This document shows, piece after piece, positions 12,562 through 64,000 of a stretch of 64,000 nucleotides of DNA. A model generated the notes under the pieces. It ran no database searches. It worked only from the letters and a program-made list of their open reading frames with translations, and was not told the origin of the DNA. Within the stretch, counting starts at the first letter, position 1. Each line of letters starts with the position of its first letter. Made by a program: the position numbers and the translations under genes. Location of the stretch: the NCBI GenBank assembly GCA_051294375.1, contig CM119267.1, positions 2,570,190-2,634,189 of the forward strand, read 5' to 3'. The stretch is from Paraspadella gotoi (lineage: Eukaryota > Animalia > Chaetognatha).

Positions 12562-15500
12562 TTACTTCCTCCTACTCTCCCGCCAATCGGACGCGCAGCA
12601 AAGCCAGCTGCACCAGCTGCAGTTACACATTGACTGCAGGTCGTTCTGCTTCCCGCGAATCCTTTCTTCGATCCCTCGTAACTTCTCCTCCTTGACGAGT
12701 TCCTTGGCCGGTCCTTCGGGCGCCGTCTCGTCGTATCTCTTCAACAATTCGTTCTTGAGATCGACGAGGTCGTCCAATGACCTCGTCTTGCATCGGCAGC
12801 AGCAGCAGTCGACGACGGCGGCGTCCATGTCTCGCCCGAGTTGGTCGCAGAGATCTTCGATGACGTCGAGGGATTGGAGACGCGACTTGTCCCGATTAGA
12901 CTCGGCCTTCTCCTCGAACATCCGTCGACACTCGGTCTCGACGAGATGGCGCTGACGACGACGAGTTTCTTCGTCGCGGATCACGAGCGTCATGGCGTCG
13001 AAGCGGCTCAGAGCGCCCTCCAGCGCCGACGCGTGGCAGGAGGAGAGCCGCGCCTCGGAGCAGGGCAGCTGCAGCTCGAGAAACAAAGTTTTGTAGAGGG
13101 CGAAACTTTCGTCTCTGATGAGAAAAGTGGGAAATCGAAGGGTATGTGATTATGTGATTATGTGATTACGTCGTGTGAGAGTGAGTTGAAGTAACTCGGT
13201 TACTAAAATATCTAATGTTACTTTTAAAAATAAATCTCAGAATAAAAATTTCAATAAAAATTTCAATTTCGCTGCAGTGACTTTCTTATCCCGTGTATTT
13301 CCGTCTACTTTAAAAACAAAAGGTAGCGCCAGTAGTCGCTTAGATATAAGGTTCTCTTCCTTTCTTAACCAATGAGCATCCGATTAACGTGAATGGGATA
13401 GTCCGACGGACAGACATACCGACCGACCGACCGAAAAGTGACTTATAGAGTCGCAACTAAAAAAATAACAGAACCTGGCGGATCTGCCGATCTTGTCCAC
13501 TGATGCCTTCCACTTGAGCCCGCAATTGACGCCCGCCGCCTCTTTGTTTACATCGCGCACGTACTCTTCCACGAGTTCGGCGAACATCTTTCCGGTGAGG
13601 AACGCGTGCTGCCCGGTGCACTTGGGACGTACGTGCGAGAGCAGTACGTCTCGTACGGCCGCTACGCCGTCGACGAATTCATGGTTCAACAGTTTCGCGC
13701 TTTCCTTTCGGTTCATATTCTCGATTACGTCTCGACGGTAATGCGGAGGTGGAAGTGTCAACACCTGACATGGAAAGGGATTCAGGGAGATAGATAATCA
13801 ATATACTGTGGTGATATATTCACACCATCTCACGTCTACAAACATTAAGCCAATGCAATTGGCTCAGAGGGGGAACACACAATCCCTAGGCGTTTTGTTC
13901 CATCCAGTCCTAACGACTTGCCTCTGCGTTGGCAAAGCGAGACCGTCCTAGGGTAACCGCGCCAGTGACTGGATGCATCACTGAGGGTCGGAAGGCCCCA
14001 AAGCCATCACTGAGATGTCCCACCCCAATGGGCATCACATAATACAATCATATAAACTACCATTCATGCATTGGGTGAACATATAAAAGCTAATATCTTA
14101 TTAGAAAACTAGGACAGAAAGTAACTTTTAATCTTGCGTTGTATTGATGTTCAAATTATCAAATATGAAATAAATAGTTATTAAATATAATACTTATGTG
14201 AAATATATTAAACTTTTATATTCGTTTTCAAATTTGGTCTAATATAGTAAAACAAGTGATCTGGCAATTTTTCATGAATTCGTGTGAATTGGGCGCTTAT
14301 GGGCCTGTTAATGATTATCTGCCACTTCTAAATCCCTCTCGCAACGCCCCCACAAGTAATGGGATGTACCGGGTTCTGATTGAATCTGGTACCGAAAGAG
14401 CTAAGATGACGGCTTTACTCAATGAGTCAAGGATATATAAATAAGGTGAACTTGATCATTGCGCAATGCCCCGTTACAATATTTTCTTATTCCGTAGATC
14501 TGCCACCTTGAAGTCGTAAAACTCTTCGACCATCTGAAACGCCTCCTTAAACTCAACAAGAAGGTCACTTTTGATGATCCGTTGCAGATAAGATTGCATT
14601 GAGACGACGCGCCCAGCTGAGTCGCGAGGCTGCAACATGTGGTCCCTGATCAGCCAGACGAAAGACGGCATGAAGGCGCAATTCTTCCGTCGTTTGCTGG
14701 CGTGGGATTCTGGCGTGGATGACATAAATATTCAGATATGTTGGGGAAGAAGGAAACGTGTCTGGACTTAATTTCATTTATAATATATAAATAAATAATA
14801 TATATGTATATATATAATTTTTAAAACACTTAACTTAAAACATCGTACGTTTCCTTCTCACCCGTTGACGCTTCCGCGCCTTTGATGCTCTGCGCGAACT
14901 TTCCCATGAAGTGCAACTTCTCAAAGTCGTCCTTGCTCGGCACACCTTGGCTGTTGTAGACGAAGGTGGAGCTTAAAAGGATTGAGAGCGTGCCGATCTT
15001 GTCGTCCCATTCGCTGGTGGAGCTGAGGTCGTCCCCCGAACGTTTCACGGATCCCAATCCCTCCGTATCGAGCAGAAGGACGCGGGCATGACCCGAGAAT
15101 TCCGGCGTCTTGATTCGCATCTTCTTCGCCGTCCGCGCCATCCAAATCCCTTTGGTCTGCGCGTCGGGAGTGTGACCCAATTCGAATTGAACTCCTTTCC
15201 CCAGTTTAGAGAGGATGTAAGATTTGCCGGTTCTCGCCGGGCCGGCGACGCAGATCACGACGAGAGGTTCCTTGATGCGTCGCAGCGTCTCGATAGCTTC
15301 TGGACAGACGACGACGTCTTCGGACGTTGGCGGCGCCGAAGGGTCGCGCCGTAACTCTCCGTCGCGCCAGACGTGAGTCGATGGGTGACAAAGAGGGAGA
15401 ACATTGAGGGCGTGGTCGTCGGGGGGAAGCGGCGCCGGCGGCGTCGTCGATGACGCCGCTTTCTCGCTGGATTTTTCGATGGACAAAAGGGTTTGTAAAG

Positions 15501-15624
15501 GATCCGTAACGCGACCGAGGGCAACGCGCAAGGCCGGAGCTGCCGCACCAACGATGTGGTCAACTATGGGCTCGATCCGGTTGTTAGACATCGAAGATCG
15601 AGAAGCGATTGTGAATCGCGTCAT
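12562..15624 (-). CDS. GBP-like: Guanylate-binding protein (GBP/atlastin family) large GTPase, 4 exons (15624-14835, 14709-14507, 13764-13475, 13114-12562), about 611 aa
   Basis: G1 GPARTGKS, G2 GHTPDAQTKGIW, G3 LLDTEG, LLSSTFVYNS, G4 FVWLIRD and LTGKMFAELVEEYV, followed by a helical region. GT-AG boundaries give consistent phases (790+203+290+553 = 1836 nt). The exon 1/2 junction has one alternative in-frame reading. Confidence 0.9.
13310..13465. mobile_element. Dispersed repeat with (GACC/GACA)n core and AAAAGTGACTTATAGAGT end (DINE/HINE-like); related copies at about 4745-4800, 7630-7680, 22685-22805, 43600-43670 and 46715-46850
   Basis: Shared CCGACCGAAAAGTGACTTAT(A)GAGT motif in both orientations. 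Confidence 0.65.
13807..14040. mobile_element. Interspersed repeat; second copy at about 43353-43540, shared end also at about 35205
   Basis: CCAGTCCTAACGACTT..CTGCGTTGGCAAAGCGAGACC..CCTAG.GTAACCGCGCCAGTGACTGGA in both copies, with a common TGTGG.G.TATATTCACACC end. Confidence 0.8.
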
Positions 15625-16003
15625 TAGCAGCCAATAGTTGGATTAGTGAGTGATGGAGTAAAATATTTATTTGTAAAGATCAATTAATGAGTGATTGAGA
15701 GAAAGAGGGATAAGAAAAAAAGAGCCGAAATAGCAAGCGAGGTCAAGATATAGAATAGCAAATAGTAGAGCGCGAGAAGGAATAGTGAGCAGCGGAGCAA
15801 AGTAGAATATCCAGCAGTGGAGCAAGAAAATGGAATCTGCAGCGAGCGATAGAGCAAGATAGATTTCAAAATTATGGAAGTAAAATAAAACTGAAGAATG
15901 GAATGCGGTACGAGGGCGACAGAGATGGCGCGATAAGAAAATTCGAATCACGCGACGTGAAAAGTGAATCTTTCGATCACGCGATTATGACGTCGACCAC
16001 GGA

Positions 16004-16034
<31 letters not shown>

Positions 16035-16634
16035 TAAATGACAAAGAAGCGAAAGCATTTCTCTTTTGCGACTTCAACTGTTGGAATGGAAACGTTAAAG
16101 GAGAGAGAGAAAATGAAAGACATAAGTTCTCAATCAAATTCGTACCAATGAACATTCTTTAAATAAGTCGTTTTAGAAAATTACCTTATTAAATTCGAAA
16201 AAAAAAATATAAAAAATATATTTATCATAGTAAAATTTTCAAAGGAGTTTGACCCATTTAATAATATTGTTTTATCAATTTTTCATGGGGAGTTCAAATT
16301 TAAAAAAAAATTATAAAAAAATGTTCAGTGGTCAGAATCAATCAATTAATCATTAATCAATCAATCAATCATTTAATCATAGTCCCCCTATTTGATTTTC
16401 AAATTTGTACCACTCCTTACACAAAATTTCTGCCTACAGCTACACCACAGATACCCACATTCGTCTGACATAAGAATAAAACAAATTAATCATCATCGGA
16501 TACAGTTTTCTTTATTAAATATTATTACTTTAGATCGTTAAGCGATTACAGTCAAGACTATTTCTAAATTCTAAATATAGCTATCGACGTTTATTGTCAT
16601 CTTTTTTGACCGACTTTGTCAAACTTGCGCCTTT

Positions 16635-63456
<46,822 letters not shown>

Positions 63457-64000
63457 CTGGATGGATGAATGAATGAATGAAAGAATGAATGAAAGAATGA
63501 ATGGATGAATGAATGGATGGATGGATGAATGAATAAATGGATGAATGAATGAATGGATGAATGAATGAATGAATGAATGAATGAATGATTGGATGAATGA
63601 TGAAGGTTAAGCGAAGAGATAATAGAATCTCTGGGTCACGCGATCACAAAATTATGACCAATCGGAGGGGCTTGGTCGCAAGAGGTCACACGTGATCTTA
63701 AGCGGTCGCACACGGTCACGACCGAGCGCGACCGGTAGCAGCTGGTCACACGCGGTCACAGTTTTCAGCCAATCAGAGTCGCGGAAATAAGGAAGCTCAA
63801 AAAAAAACTTAATTCTTTTTTTCTTTCTCTTTCTTTCCTTCTTTCTTTCTTTTTTCTTCCTTTTTCTTCTTTCTTTCTTTTTTCCTTTCATTGTTTGTTT
63901 ATTTCTTTGTTTATTTCTTTTTTTTCCCTATTTATTTCTTTTCCTCTTTCTTTCTGTCGTTCTTTCTTTGCCTCTTTCTTTCGTTTTTTCTTTCTTTTTT

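Overview
Eukaryotic (metazoan-looking), intron-rich, gappy draft scaffold full of (GA)n, (GAC)n and (TAT)n microsatellites. Several stretches look like indel-rich long-read gap fill. All recognisable host genes are on the minus strand. (1) About 47 kb (16635-63456) is the 3' two-thirds of an axonemal outer-arm dynein heavy chain (DNAH5/DNAH8 type), with about 51 exons traced by hand from the linker through the AAA ring and stalk to the stop codon. (2) A complete 4-exon guanylate-binding-protein (GBP)-like GTPase gene (12562-15624) has an unusual Cys-rich tail. (3) A secreted multidomain protein gene, or two adjacent genes (about 3.1-11.1 kb), reads signal peptide, propeptide, three-finger/LU-like domain, EGF, F5/8C discoidin-like domain, EGF-EGF. 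Inside the dynein gene: a 2.9-kb element with AGTAG...CTACT inverted termini and a 6-bp TSD (Polinton/Maverick-like, non-autonomous); a 5'-truncated RTE-type LINE present in only one of two tandem copies of a six-exon block (probably two haplotypes); three exons in scrambled order; a GC-AG intron; many AAG acceptors; and minisatellites anchored on splice sites. Exon coordinates were derived by manual reading and may be off by a few bases. No database search was run.
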